DNA of 64,000 nt, taken from positions 223-64,222 of the forward strand of contig CAXMRQ010000181.1 in the NCBI GenBank assembly GCA_964196115.1, in the 5' to 3' direction. The notes under the pieces were generated by a model that saw only the letters and a list, made by a program, of their open reading frames with translations, was not told the origin of the DNA and made no database searches. The DNA comes from an uncultured Gammaproteobacteria bacterium. GTDB lineage: Bacteria > Pseudomonadota > Gammaproteobacteria > GCA-001735895. Both the position numbers and the translations under genes were made by a program. Shown one piece after another: positions 37,355 to 46,615 of the stretch (positions are counted from its first letter, which is position 1; each line of letters begins with the position of its first letter).

Positions 37355-38067
37355 AGACCGCGTGACTTCTGGTAACTACTAAAATCTGAAATTTTTCCAG
37401 TTGCTGCTTTTTTATCGATCAATTTCTGCTCTACCAGATGCAGTGAGTGGGCTTCCAGTTCGGTAAAAATATTCGGGTCGTGAGTGGAAATTAGGATCGC
37501 TGTGCCGCTTTCTCTGATGGTTTTTAGCATTAATAACGTCCTGCCTCGGCCATCGGTGTCGAGATTTGCGGTCGGTTCATCGAGTAGCAGTAGTTGAGGG
37601 TTGCGAAGCCGAGCGCGCGCCAGCGCCACGCGTTGCTGTTGACCACCCGATAAACTCACCGCATTTTGTGTCATTAGATGTTCAAGCCCGGCCCATAGCA
37701 TAACCTGGTCGACTGCCGCGTTTTTATCGATAAGGGCCGCGTTTAGCCTGGCGGTATACTCGAGATTACGTCGCACTGAACCACTTAGCATATAGGGTTG
37801 CTGGTGTAGATACATTACCGATTTCGACAGACGTGGTCGACAGCTACGCCAGGGTTTCTGCGCCGCCTGATTAATCGAAATGCTCGCCCTGTCTGGTTTT
37901 TCAATACCGGCCAGAATGCGCAGTAATGTGGTTTTGCCCGCACCGTTTTCGCCGGTAATGATGTAGCAGTCGCTGTTGCTAAGAGAGATCGATACGTCGC
38001 TTAATACCTGCTTGCGGCGGTACTGTTTGTAAATATTGCGATAATCGAAGCGGAAATCATCAATCAT
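37351..38067 (-). CDS. tupC: Tungstate ABC transporter ATPase
   Basis: GENGAGKT, LSGGQ and LLLDEP motifs; operon with tupAB. Confidence 0.8.
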   Translation of the reverse strand: MIDDFRFDYRNIYKQYRRKQVLSDVSISLSNSDCYIITGENGAGKTTLLRILAGIEKPDRASISINQAAQKPWRSCRPRLSKSVMYLHQQPYMLSGSVRRNLEYTARLNAALIDKNAAVDQVMLWAGLEHLMTQNAVSLSGGQQQRVALARARLRNPQLLLLDEPTANLDTDGRGRTLLMLKTIRESGTAILISTHDPNIFTELEAHSLHLVEQKLIDKKAATGKISDFSSYQKSRGL

Positions 38068-38765
38068 GGGTGAATGCTGCCCTTGCCCTGCACATAATGT
38101 AACAAGCCGTTTAGCAAGAACGCGAGGAATAGCAGTACAAGACCGAGCGCAATGCCTTCGGCGAAATTACCCTTGCTGGTTTCGAGAGCTATCGCGGTTG
38201 GAATATTGCGCGTGTAATGGGCAATATTACCACCCAGCATCATCGATGCGCCGACTTCGGAAATGATGCGGCCATAAGCTGCGAGCATAGCGGCCAGCAG
38301 GCCAAATCGGATTTCATACAGTACCGTAACAAAGGCATAGAATCGACTCGCGCCCAGGGTTCGCGCGGTTTCCCAGGCTCGCCGGTCAGCCGCCTGGAAT
38401 GAAGTGTGCGCCATTGCAACCAGGATGGGTAAACAAAGTAAAAATTGCCCCATCATCATTGCCTTCTGGGTAAATAACAGGCCGAGGTCGCCCATCGGTC
38501 CCTGGCGGGACAATATAATAAATAGTGTCAGGCCAATGACTACAGCCGGAATCGACAGGAAAGTGCTGAACACTGAAATGAGAAAGCGGCGACCGAAGAA
38601 GTTCCCGTATGCGAGTGCAAAAGCAATCATCAGTGCCGGTGGGATGGCGAATAAAATCGCTAACGAGGAAACCCTGAACGAAATACCGATAATTTCCCAG
38701 ATATCGGTATTTCCACTAAATAGTAATCGGAAAGCGTCGAGGGTACTGGCTAACAAAACGTCCAC
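38064..38765 (-). CDS. tupB: Tungstate ABC transporter permease
   Basis: SRQGPMG, SEVGASMMLGGNI...TAIALETSKG pattern. Probable GTG start at 38765. Confidence 0.85.
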   Translation of the reverse strand: MDVLLASTLDAFRLLFSGNTDIWEIIGISFRVSSLAILFAIPPALMIAFALAYGNFFGRRFLISVFSTFLSIPAVVIGLTLFIILSRQGPMGDLGLLFTQKAMMMGQFLLCLPILVAMAHTSFQAADRRAWETARTLGASRFYAFVTVLYEIRFGLLAAMLAAYGRIISEVGASMMLGGNIAHYTRNIPTAIALETSKGNFAEGIALGLVLLFLAFLLNGLLHYVQGKGSIHP

Positions 38766-38769
38766 AAGA

Positions 38770-39600
38770 CTATTGCTTTGATTGCCTGGCATTAGGTATA
38801 AACAATTGCTCTCCCTTTACCTTGAATTCACCGATCAGGTGTTGCCCTTTATCTGAGGTGAGCCAGTTAATCAGGTTCTCGGCTGTGGCATAATTTACAT
38901 GGCTATGCTTTTTTGGGTTTACCGCGATAATGCCGTAGGGGTTAAACAATGGCGGATCGCCCTGGTATAAAAGAGCAAGATTGGACCTGGACAGATAAGC
39001 CAGCCAGGTACCACGGTCGGTCATCGTATAGGCGCCCATCTCATTGGTGATTTGAATGACCTTCCCCATACCCTGGCCCACCGACTTGTACCAGTCCCCT
39101 TGCGGGGAATAATTGACACTTTTCCATAAACTCAACTCCTTCTTGTGCGTGCCGGAGTCGTCCCCCCGTGAAACGAACGCGCTTTTTGTATCGCGAATTT
39201 TTTGCAGCACTTCGATAACCGAGTGACTGCTAGAAATCTTCGCAGGATCGTCGAGCGGGCCTACGAGGACAAAGTCGTTATACATAACGTCGAAGCGTTC
39301 GACGCCAAAACCACCGTCAATAAATGCCTGTTCGGCGTTTTTCGCGTGCACCAGGACGACATCGACATCGCCCTCGCGACCCAGGCGAAGCGCCTTGCCG
39401 GTGCCGACCGCGATAGTTTGAACTTCTATCCCGGTATCTTTCCTGAATTCGGGCAGTAAATAGTCGAGTAAACCTGAATTATCAGTACTGGTGGTAGTTG
39501 CCAGACGAAGCATAGACGTGGAATTACTACTTGCAATAGTAGGAATTGAGAGCACAAGACATATACACAGAAGCGCTCCGAGCCGAATAAAATTGAGCAT
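38770..39600 (-). CDS. tupA: Tungstate-binding periplasmic protein
   Basis: ATTTS signature, VGTGKAL, SRGDDSGTH and TDRGT motifs. Start placed at MLNFIRLG. Confidence 0.9.
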   Translation of the reverse strand: MLNFIRLGALLCICLVLSIPTIASSNSTSMLRLATTTSTDNSGLLDYLLPEFRKDTGIEVQTIAVGTGKALRLGREGDVDVVLVHAKNAEQAFIDGGFGVERFDVMYNDFVLVGPLDDPAKISSSHSVIEVLQKIRDTKSAFVSRGDDSGTHKKELSLWKSVNYSPQGDWYKSVGQGMGKVIQITNEMGAYTMTDRGTWLAYLSRSNLALLYQGDPPLFNPYGIIAVNPKKHSHVNYATAENLINWLTSDKGQHLIGEFKVKGEQLFIPNARQSKQ

Positions 39601-39729
39601 GACAAACACCGCAGAAGGGAATCTAAAAAAGGAACTCATTATATCAAGCTGGTGCATGACATACCATGCTCTAGCGTGTAGAGTTTGCTGTCATAATTAA
39701 TCTTTAGAACCTGATCGAACGAGGGTGAC

Positions 39730-40248
39730 ATGAGCGAAACTAGAGAACTCATTGAGTTAAATATAGCAGTATTGACGGTGTCTGATTCGCGTGATGAATC
39801 AAACGATAAATCGGGTGCTTTACTGGTCAGATTGCTAAGTGAATCCGGCCACATGCTCGAAGAAAAAACAATCGTGCCGGATGACAAGTATCGAATTCGT
39901 GAAGTTTTGTCGCGATGGATTGCCGATGAGGCAGTTCAGGTTGTTTTAACCACAGGCGGCACTGGCGTAACCGGTCGAGACGGCACACCCGAAGCAATTA
40001 TTCCGCTGCTAGATAAGGTAATCGACGGTTTCGGCGAAATGTTTCGCAATCTGTCCTACAAAAATATCGGTGCTTCAACCTTACAGTCTAGAGCTGTCGC
40101 TGGCGTTGCAAACGGCACTTATGTTTTTTGTTTACCCGGCTCATCGGGAGCCTGCAAAGATGCCTGGACTCAATTGATTGATGCGCAACTGGATTTTCGC
40201 ACCCGGCCCTGTAATTTGGTGGAGTTGATGCCGCGGTTGCGGGAGTGA
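39730..40248 (+). CDS. moaB: Molybdenum cofactor biosynthesis protein B
   Basis: TVSD, TTGGTG..RD.TPEA, LPGS and RPCN motifs. Confidence 0.93.
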   Translation: MSETRELIELNIAVLTVSDSRDESNDKSGALLVRLLSESGHMLEEKTIVPDDKYRIREVLSRWIADEAVQVVLTTGGTGVTGRDGTPEAIIPLLDKVIDGFGEMFRNLSYKNIGASTLQSRAVAGVANGTYVFCLPGSSGACKDAWTQLIDAQLDFRTRPCNLVELMPRLRE

Positions 40249-40263
40249 TTCTTGTTCTCTAGT

Positions 40264-40359
40264 TTATACGGGGTTTCGCACACTAAGGCTTTCATCACTC
40301 CGTAGTTGCTAACGAGTGCGTGCGCGAGTGTCTTTTTCTCACCAGCAAGAAAAAGGCAC
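40264..40359. repeat. 96-bp repeat, left arm (inverted copy at 44491-44586)
   Basis: TTATAC.GGGTTTCGCACACTAAGGC...TCTTTTTCTC..CAGCAAGAAAAAGGCAC aligns without gaps to the reverse complement of 44491-44586. Confidence 0.85.
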
Positions 40360-40567
40360 CAAAAAGGGCCGCCGGGTACGAGCCGGGGTACTTATAGGTC
40401 AAACTCGACCTGAGATTCGTAGCCAAATATTGCAACTTAAATACAAGAGAAAATAGAATTTCAGAATTCTAAAAAATTTTCCATTAATTCACGATCCAGG
40501 ACGCGATCACTCATATCCCGTACTGACCTGGTTTAATAGCACAATTTAGGACTTTTTATGTGCATTA

Positions 40568-40610
40568 TTGATCTGCATCAATAATTGTAGATTCGAGACC
40601 GTGCTATAAA
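40568..40610 (+). promoter_or_regulatory. FNR/CRP-family box with class II promoter geometry
   Basis: TTGAT-CTGC-ATCAA at 40568-40581 and TGcTATAAA at 40602-40610, placing the box about 41-42 bp upstream of the expected start site. Confidence 0.8.
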
Positions 40611-40669
40611 GGCGATGGAAAGAAGCATGCCCAGGAATATATTCATAAACTGAGGAGCCGTTTCATTTC

Positions 40670-41062
40670 ATGAGTACGTCAAAAATCAGTATTACGGTTG
40701 TTTCCGGTTCTCTTGAACGCTTACAGATGGCGGCTATGGTGGCCTCCGTAGGGGCCGTCAGCGGCAATGAAGTCAGCGTATTCCTTTCTATGAACTCGCT
40801 ACAGTATTTTATCAAGGGCAGTGATTCCAGTGCCCCGGCAGAAGGCCCTTTCGGTGAAGTCATGTCAGGCAAAAATGTCCCCGGGTTCAAAAGCCTGTTT
40901 GAAAGTGCTGTAGAACTGGGTGACGCGAAGATTTTTCCCTGCTCAATGGCTATGGATATTCTCGAGACTGAAGCAGAAGATCTGGAGCCCTATCTATCCG
41001 AGCCCCTCGGATTGACAAAATTTCTAAGCCTTGCAGCAGATAGTCAGATCTGGACCTTTTAA
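40670..41062 (+). CDS. DsrE/DsrF/DrsH-like sulfur-relay protein
   Basis: 130 aa with KIFPCSMAMD Cys motif; adjacent to tusA. Confidence 0.85.
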   Translation: MSTSKISITVVSGSLERLQMAAMVASVGAVSGNEVSVFLSMNSLQYFIKGSDSSAPAEGPFGEVMSGKNVPGFKSLFESAVELGDAKIFPCSMAMDILETEAEDLEPYLSEPLGLTKFLSLAADSQIWTF

Positions 41063-41076
41063 CCCGGAGCACAGTA

Positions 41077-41307
41077 ATGGCAGAAAGAAAATTAATCGAT
41101 GCACGCGGCACCTATTGCCCGGGTCCGTTAATGGAGCTAATTGCCGGCATCAAACTCATCGAAGTAGGTGATGAGGTGGAAGTACTTTCTTCGGATAAAG
41201 GTTCAGGCCACGATATCCCCGAGTGGGTGAACAAAGTGGGACATGAAATCGTATCCATCGAAGATGTGGATGGTGTCTGGCATGTGGTAGTAAAAAAGGC
41301 TAAGTAA
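41077..41307 (+). CDS. tusA: TusA-family sulfurtransferase
   Basis: DARGTYCPGP and DIPEW motifs. Confidence 0.92.
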   Translation: MAERKLIDARGTYCPGPLMELIAGIKLIEVGDEVEVLSSDKGSGHDIPEWVNKVGHEIVSIEDVDGVWHVVVKKAK

Positions 41308-41342
41308 ACAATACACTAACCCAAAGAAATCAGGAGAGGAAG

Positions 41343-42476
41343 ATGAAAATACTAATTGTCGGCGGCGGCATGGGCGGTACTATTCTTGCCAATAACCTCG
41401 CCAGAAGATTGAAAGGCGAACTCAAGTCAGGTAAGGCTCGGATCACGATGTTATCAGCTTCGGATCAGCACATGTATCAACCCGGTCTGTTGTATGTGGC
41501 CCTGGGGCGGATGGCAGTGGACGAATTGTACAAGGATCAGGCCAGCCTGCTGGAGCCAAGCATCGAGTTCCATGTGGATCCAGTCGAGGAATTCAATCTC
41601 GATAATAAACAGGTCAAGACCAAAAGCGGCAAGACCATTGACTATGACATGATAGTCATCGCCACCGGTTGTCGCGCGGTACCTGAAGAGATCCCGGGTC
41701 TGGCGGAAAATTCCATCAATGTATACACCGAAGAAGATGCACTCAACTTTTACAGAACCATTAGCAGCTTCGAAGGTGGTCGCGTGGTAATAGCGGTCGG
41801 AGTACCCCATAAGTGCCCAATGATCCCGCCGGAACTAACCTTCACGTTGTACGACTACTTCAAGGATCGTGGCATTATCGATAAAGTTTCGTTTCATTAC
41901 ACCTATCCAATAGGGCGGCTGCATAGCCTGGAGCCGGTGAGTAACTGGATGCAGGGTGAATTTGCCAAACGCGGCGTAACCTCTGAAACGCTGTTCAATA
42001 TGAAGGAAGTGGACGGCGCCAATAAAATAGTCAAGAGCGAAGAGGGTACCGAGGCTGCCTATGATCTGTTGGTCGCCGTGCCCGCCCATAAAGGCATGGA
42101 GGTAGTCGAAGACAGTAAACTCGGTGCCGGTGGATGGGTTCCGGTCGACCGTAACCGTCTCAATATCGATGGCTATGATAACGCCTTTGCGATTGGCGAT
42201 ACTACCAACATCCCGATCAGCAAGGCTGGTTCCACGGCGCATTTCGAAGCCGAAGCGCTTGCAGAGAACATTGCGTCTATCATCAAGATTGGTATCCCGG
42301 CTCGGGATTACGACGGCAAGGTATTCTGTTTTATCGAAGCGGGTAAGGATCAGGCCACCTATGCCATGTTCAATTACAATAATCCTCCCGATCCCAAGCC
42401 TCCGACCAAGAGTGTGCACTGGTTCAAGATGGCCTATAACCAGCTTTATTGGGCCAGCGCACGTGGCCTACTTTAA
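41343..42476 (+). CDS. Short sulfide:quinone oxidoreductase-like flavoprotein
   Basis: GGGMGG, YQPG, HKCP, IGD, KAG and VFCFIE motifs; 377 aa. Confidence 0.8.
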   Translation: MKILIVGGGMGGTILANNLARRLKGELKSGKARITMLSASDQHMYQPGLLYVALGRMAVDELYKDQASLLEPSIEFHVDPVEEFNLDNKQVKTKSGKTIDYDMIVIATGCRAVPEEIPGLAENSINVYTEEDALNFYRTISSFEGGRVVIAVGVPHKCPMIPPELTFTLYDYFKDRGIIDKVSFHYTYPIGRLHSLEPVSNWMQGEFAKRGVTSETLFNMKEVDGANKIVKSEEGTEAAYDLLVAVPAHKGMEVVEDSKLGAGGWVPVDRNRLNIDGYDNAFAIGDTTNIPISKAGSTAHFEAEALAENIASIIKIGIPARDYDGKVFCFIEAGKDQATYAMFNYNNPPDPKPPTKSVHWFKMAYNQLYWASARGLL

Positions 42477-42490
42477 GGAGGTGCATTGAC

Positions 42491-43039
42491 ATGATCGAAG
42501 CACAACAAAACTCAGTAAAAGTCGAGATTGAGAGCCTGATTGCCAGTGCTCAGGACTCGTTAAGCGACGATATAGTTACCCGTCTCAGCGCCACCGTAGG
42601 CCAGAGTCTCGAACTGTTGGACCGTATTAACCGTAGCGGCATCGACCGCGCCTTACCGGCCATTGCGCAACTGGTAGATAATGGTGATCTGGAGCGAATG
42701 GTGGGGCTGGCACGTCTGATCGGCGCTATGGAAGACTCCCTGTCCGACGATATTGTGAACCGCCTGTCCCTCATTCTCACTGGGCTTGCCGCCCTGGTCG
42801 ATAAGCTAGCTCGCAACGATGGCTTTCTACGCCTGGTTGAAATACTGGGCGAGGACGAGGTGCAGAAAACTCTGGTTGATATGATCGGTGCAGCCGCGGC
42901 GGCTAAAACTGAAGCAGTTGCGTTACCACCCGCCAAAGGTGGGTTCGGTGGTCTCTGGAATATCGCTTCTAACCCGGAAACACAGGATGCATTGCGCTTT
43001 CTGGTATTGATGATTAAGCAGCTTAAAAAAACTGATTAA
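42491..43039 (+). CDS. DUF1641-like helical protein
   Basis: Internal repeat DSLSDDIV.RLS twice and C-terminal GFGGLW...NPETQ.AL. Start placed at MIEAQQ after an AAGGAGG SD. Confidence 0.7.
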   Translation: MIEAQQNSVKVEIESLIASAQDSLSDDIVTRLSATVGQSLELLDRINRSGIDRALPAIAQLVDNGDLERMVGLARLIGAMEDSLSDDIVNRLSLILTGLAALVDKLARNDGFLRLVEILGEDEVQKTLVDMIGAAAAAKTEAVALPPAKGGFGGLWNIASNPETQDALRFLVLMIKQLKKTD

Positions 43040-43046
43040 TGCTAAC

Positions 43047-43079
43047 TATCACCGGAGATTGATTTAATCTCTGGTGATA
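43047..43079 (+). terminator. Stem-loop after the sulfur operon
   Basis: TATCACCGGAGATT / AATCTCTGGTGATA 14-bp stem with one G-U pair. Confidence 0.7.
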
Positions 43080-43219
43080 ATTTCAAAATTCAGTTTGCTT
43101 TAAAATCTCTAGCGGTCACGCGGGTGGAAAACGATCTGGGATAGGCCTAACATTCCAACATCCTATATAACGTTGATTCCGATCTATGGTGCTCAACATA
43201 CTGACAGTCAGAGCTCTCT

Positions 43220-43269
43220 GAAAACGGAGTCAAATTTTGACTTAATATATTATTGCAGATACAGATAAT
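43220..43269. repeat. About 50-bp direct repeat (second copy about 44295-44344)
   Basis: AAACGG.GTCAAAT..TGACTTAATATATTA.TGCAGATACAGATAATA occurs on both sides of the TA module. Confidence 0.8.
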
Positions 43270-43366
43270 AAGTGACGTACGGCGTTTAATCGTTACACCG
43301 GCTTAACGCAGTAAATAAGTCGATCCTGGACTTCGCGGTTTTTTTAACCCCCCTTTCAAGCCCTCA

Positions 43367-43485
43367 GCAAAATTGTCTGGAACAATTTAGAACAGCTCCG
43401 CTGGCCCGAAGGGTGGACAGGTAAATGCTCCTGCATTACCTGCATACATCACATCCATGTGAATAAGGGCAGGATGCCCGGAATA
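43367..43485. repeat. About 120-bp repeat, inverted copy at about 44367-44485
   Basis: ...GCTGGCCCGAAGGGTGGACAGGTAAATGCTCCTGCATTACCTGCATACATCACATCCATGTGAATAAGGG... matches the reverse complement of the 44.4-kb copy. Confidence 0.85.
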
Positions 43486-43497
43486 TCAAAGGGCTTG

Positions 43498-43700
43498 TGT
43501 ACAAGTCAAGGACATAGGTAACACTTTAGTCCATAGACATGGGTAACACATTAGTCCAAGGACATAGGTAACAGTTTCTGTAACCTATAAGCACCAAGAA
43601 GTGGAGGTGCTTATGCCCTGGCAAGAGGTGAGTCCTATGGATCAACGAGTCTTTTTCATTACAGACTATCTGCGACAGACCACGAGTATTAGTGGTCTGT
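43498..43700 (+). mobile_element. IS481-family left end with truncated transposase
   Basis: TGT terminus, three GTC.A..GACAT.GGTAACA repeats, then GGAGG plus MPWQEVSPMDQRVFFI at 43613; similarity breaks off after about 29 codons. Confidence 0.75.
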
Positions 43701-43748
43701 TCAGCATTTCTCTGACAAAGAAGAAGCGGGTGTTAGCTACAGAAATAA

Positions 43749-43777
43749 TTGACGCTTTAACGTTATAACGTTACTCT
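43749..43777 (+). promoter_or_regulatory. TA promoter with palindromic operator
   Basis: TTGACG-17 nt-TACTCT; perfect palindrome TAACGTTATAACGTTA at 43758-43773. Confidence 0.7.
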
Positions 43778-43797
43778 TGGGTAAGAGGTACACTGTC

Positions 43798-44031
43798 ATG
43801 AGCGATTTATCAAAGAGATCAACGGTTTATTTTGAACCCGAGATTCACCAGGCATTACGAATGAAAGCAGCGTCTACACATATTTCTGTTTCCGAGGTAG
43901 TTAATGAAGCGGTTCGAATTGCCCTTCGAGAGGACCAGGAAGACTTAAGTGCATTTGAGCAAAGGGCGGCAGAACCGATCTTAAGCTATGAGGAATTACT
44001 GAAAGATCTTGAGTTGAATGACAAGCTATAG
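43798..44031 (+). CDS. Ribbon-helix-helix (CopG-like) antitoxin
   Basis: RSTVYF...HQALRMKAA...SVSEVVNEAV with an acidic tail; overlaps the toxin start. Confidence 0.85.
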   Translation: MSDLSKRSTVYFEPEIHQALRMKAASTHISVSEVVNEAVRIALREDQEDLSAFEQRAAEPILSYEELLKDLELNDKL

Positions 44032-44281
44032 CCTTGCATTTAAAAAATCTGTTGCAAAGGATCTGCGTAATATTCCAAACAACGATGTTAAGCGAATACT
44101 GAGTCGCATAGAGTTGCTATGTGAAAATCCAAGGGCAGAGGGTTGCGTCAAACTCTCAGGTGAAGAGAAATACCGGGTAAGGCAGGGAGTGTATCGAATT
44201 ATTTATGAAATTCAGGACAAGGAACTCATTATTATGGTCATCAAAGTCGCTCATCGCAGCCATGATTACAAAAGTAGCTAA
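44018..44281 (+). CDS. relE: RelE/ParE-family toxin
   Basis: NPRAEGCVKLSG...YRVRQGVYRIIYEI...VAHR pattern. Confidence 0.9.
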   Translation: MTSYSLAFKKSVAKDLRNIPNNDVKRILSRIELLCENPRAEGCVKLSGEEKYRVRQGVYRIIYEIQDKELIIMVIKVAHRSHDYKSS

Positions 44282-44490
44282 CGAAAAACTTCAAGAAACG
44301 GGGTCAAATCCTGACTTAATATATTAATGCAGATACAGATAATACGGGTTTGTTCGGGGCTGCAGTTATTCCGGGCATCCTTCCCTTATTCACATGGATG
44401 TGATGTATGCAGGTAATGCAGGAGCATTTACCTGTCCACCCTTCGGGCCAGCTAAAGCTGTTCTAAATTGCTCCAGGCAATTTAGTCTTA

Positions 44491-44586
44491 GTGCCTTTTT
44501 CTTGCTGTTGAGAAAAAGACACTCACGTCCGTACTCGGTAGCAGCTACGAAGCAATAAAGGCCTTAGTGTGCGAAACCATGTATAA
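44491..44586. repeat. 96-bp repeat, right arm (inverted copy of 40264-40359)
   Basis: GTGCCTTTTTCTTGCTG...CCTTAGTGTGCGAAACCATGTATAA. Confidence 0.85.
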
Positions 44587-44594
44587 GAATACAA

Positions 44595-45461
44595 CTACCT
44601 CCCACCCCTGACAGGCTTATCCGGCACAGCATCAAACTCAATAAACTCCCGCCCATGATAAACCAGAAAATGCCGCCCCTTCGCGCGGGCTATCAAGGTA
44701 ACCCTCACTTTTTTTGCGATATCGAGTCCCATGCGGGTTATCCCGGAGCGGGACAATAGTACCGGGATGCCCATCAAGGCTACTTTGATTACCATTTCGG
44801 AAGTGAGGCGTCCGGTGGTGTAAAACAGTTTGTTTTCGCCCTGTAGATCATTTAACCACATATAACCAGCAATGGCGTCGACAGCATTATGGCGCCCGAC
44901 GTCTTCGATGAATTGTTCGATACCGAGATCTTCGCTGCATAATGCGCAGCCGTGGACTGCGCCGGCGTTTTTGTATACTTCGTTGTAATCGTTGAGCGTT
45001 TGCAATAAGCCATAAATAGCCGATTGTTTGAGTGCTGGTTGTTGCAGCGACACCTTGTCGATATTGTCCATCAGGTCGCCGAACATGGTGCCCTGGCCGC
45101 AGCCGGTGGTAACGGTTTTGTGGCTGAGTTTCTCTTCGAGACCTTCGACTCCTGTGTGCGTGGTAATCGCCACTGAATCAGTTTCCCAGTCAACCTGTAT
45201 CGCCTTGATTGCCTCTATATCCTCGACCATGCGTTGATTGCGTAGCCAGCCGAGGATGAGTAATTCGGGGTGATTGCCGAGCGTCATCAGCGTTACTATT
45301 TCGCGCTTGTCGAGGTAAATTGTGAGTGCGCGTTCGACTGCTATCGAGCCTTCGATGGCTTCGTTATATTCGTTGTAGGAAGTGACGCTGGCGGTTGCGT
45401 CGAGACCAGCGTTGGTCAATTCAGGCAGCCGCCGTGACTGATTGCCGGCAGCGGAGAGCAC
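44595..45461 (-). CDS. fdhD: Formate dehydrogenase accessory sulfurtransferase
   Basis: TTGCG, AVHGCAL, EDVGRHNAVD and TGRLTSEMV motifs. Confidence 0.92.
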   Translation of the reverse strand: MLSAAGNQSRRLPELTNAGLDATASVTSYNEYNEAIEGSIAVERALTIYLDKREIVTLMTLGNHPELLILGWLRNQRMVEDIEAIKAIQVDWETDSVAITTHTGVEGLEEKLSHKTVTTGCGQGTMFGDLMDNIDKVSLQQPALKQSAIYGLLQTLNDYNEVYKNAGAVHGCALCSEDLGIEQFIEDVGRHNAVDAIAGYMWLNDLQGENKLFYTTGRLTSEMVIKVALMGIPVLLSRSGITRMGLDIAKKVRVTLIARAKGRHFLVYHGREFIEFDAVPDKPVRGGR

Positions 45462-45462
45462 T

Positions 45463-46482
45463 CTAACCGCCGGTCATATTCATATGACGTAACAAAATGG
45501 TTTGCGAATTGATGTTGAAATTGTGACCTTTTGGCTTAATTTCCATCGAATCGATAATGGCCTGATCCAGTGCTGTTCTATCCCCCGGATTAGCGCGAAT
45601 GACACGGCGTAAATCGACCGAGTGTTCCTGGCCGAGGCAAAGCAGTAAACGTCCCTCAGCGGTGACACGAACTCGATTACAGCTTTCACAGAAGTTATGG
45701 CTATGTGGTGAGATAAAGCCGATGTGGGAGTTTTCATGCTCACCCAGTCGAAAATAGCGGGTTGGCCCGGCAGTTTTCTTGGTAGACGATAGAATTTCGT
45801 AATGCTTTCGTAGATCTTCAAGTATCTCGTCACTGGAGTAATAAGACTCTGCACGATCGTGATGGGTATTTTCACCCAACGGCATTTCTTCGATAAAACT
45901 AATATCGATGCCCCGTTCAATGACATAATTGACCAGATCGAACATTTCGTCGTGGTTATGGTTTTTCAGCACGACGGCATTAATCTTGATTTGTTCGAAA
46001 TCACAGGCGATAGCGGCGTCGATACCATCCAGCGTACGACTTAATTCACCAACTCGAGTCATATCGTGGAAGCGATCAGCGCGCAGGGTGTCGAGGCTGA
46101 CATTAATACGCGTTACGCCGGCAGCTTTGAGCTGTTTGGCATATTTCTTTAACTGCGTGCCATTCGTAGTCAGGGTTAGGTCTTTCAATTCCTCAATGGT
46201 GCCGAGGTTATTGAATAACTGCATAATATTTTTGCGAACTAGCGGTTCACCACCGGTAATCCGTATTTTATCTACACCCAGGTCTATAAATGATCGACCG
46301 ACGGCCTCCATTTCTTCCAGTGTCAATAACTGTGTGCGAGGAACAAATTGCATTTTTTCCGGCATGCAGTATACGCAGCGTAGATCGCAGCGATCCGTTA
46401 CCGACAGGCGCACATAATTGACTGTGCGTCCGAAACGGTCGACGAGCTGGTTTTTGTGATCAGTGCGATTTGGACTAGACAT
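45463..46482 (-). CDS. moaA: GTP 3',8-cyclase
   Basis: CDLRCVYC, TGGEP, FCESCNR...C and C-terminal GG. Confidence 0.96.
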   Translation of the reverse strand: MSSPNRTDHKNQLVDRFGRTVNYVRLSVTDRCDLRCVYCMPEKMQFVPRTQLLTLEEMEAVGRSFIDLGVDKIRITGGEPLVRKNIMQLFNNLGTIEELKDLTLTTNGTQLKKYAKQLKAAGVTRINVSLDTLRADRFHDMTRVGELSRTLDGIDAAIACDFEQIKINAVVLKNHNHDEMFDLVNYVIERGIDISFIEEMPLGENTHHDRAESYYSSDEILEDLRKHYEILSSTKKTAGPTRYFRLGEHENSHIGFISPHSHNFCESCNRVRVTAEGRLLLCLGQEHSVDLRRVIRANPGDRTALDQAIIDSMEIKPKGHNFNINSQTILLRHMNMTGG

Positions 46483-46615
46483 AGACCGGCTATTCTAACA
46501 AGAATCTGAGAGAATAAAATAGTCATTAAATATAGGGTTATTAGTAGGGGATTTGGGATTTGGTCAACGACCGGGTTGTGATATGGTCTGGTCTCAAATG
46601 GCACGAGATCTATCG

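Noticed and set aside
43505-43575. Mini CRISPR array (three similar repeats)
   Set aside because: Spacers are only a few nt, there are no cas genes, and the context fits an IS481 end.
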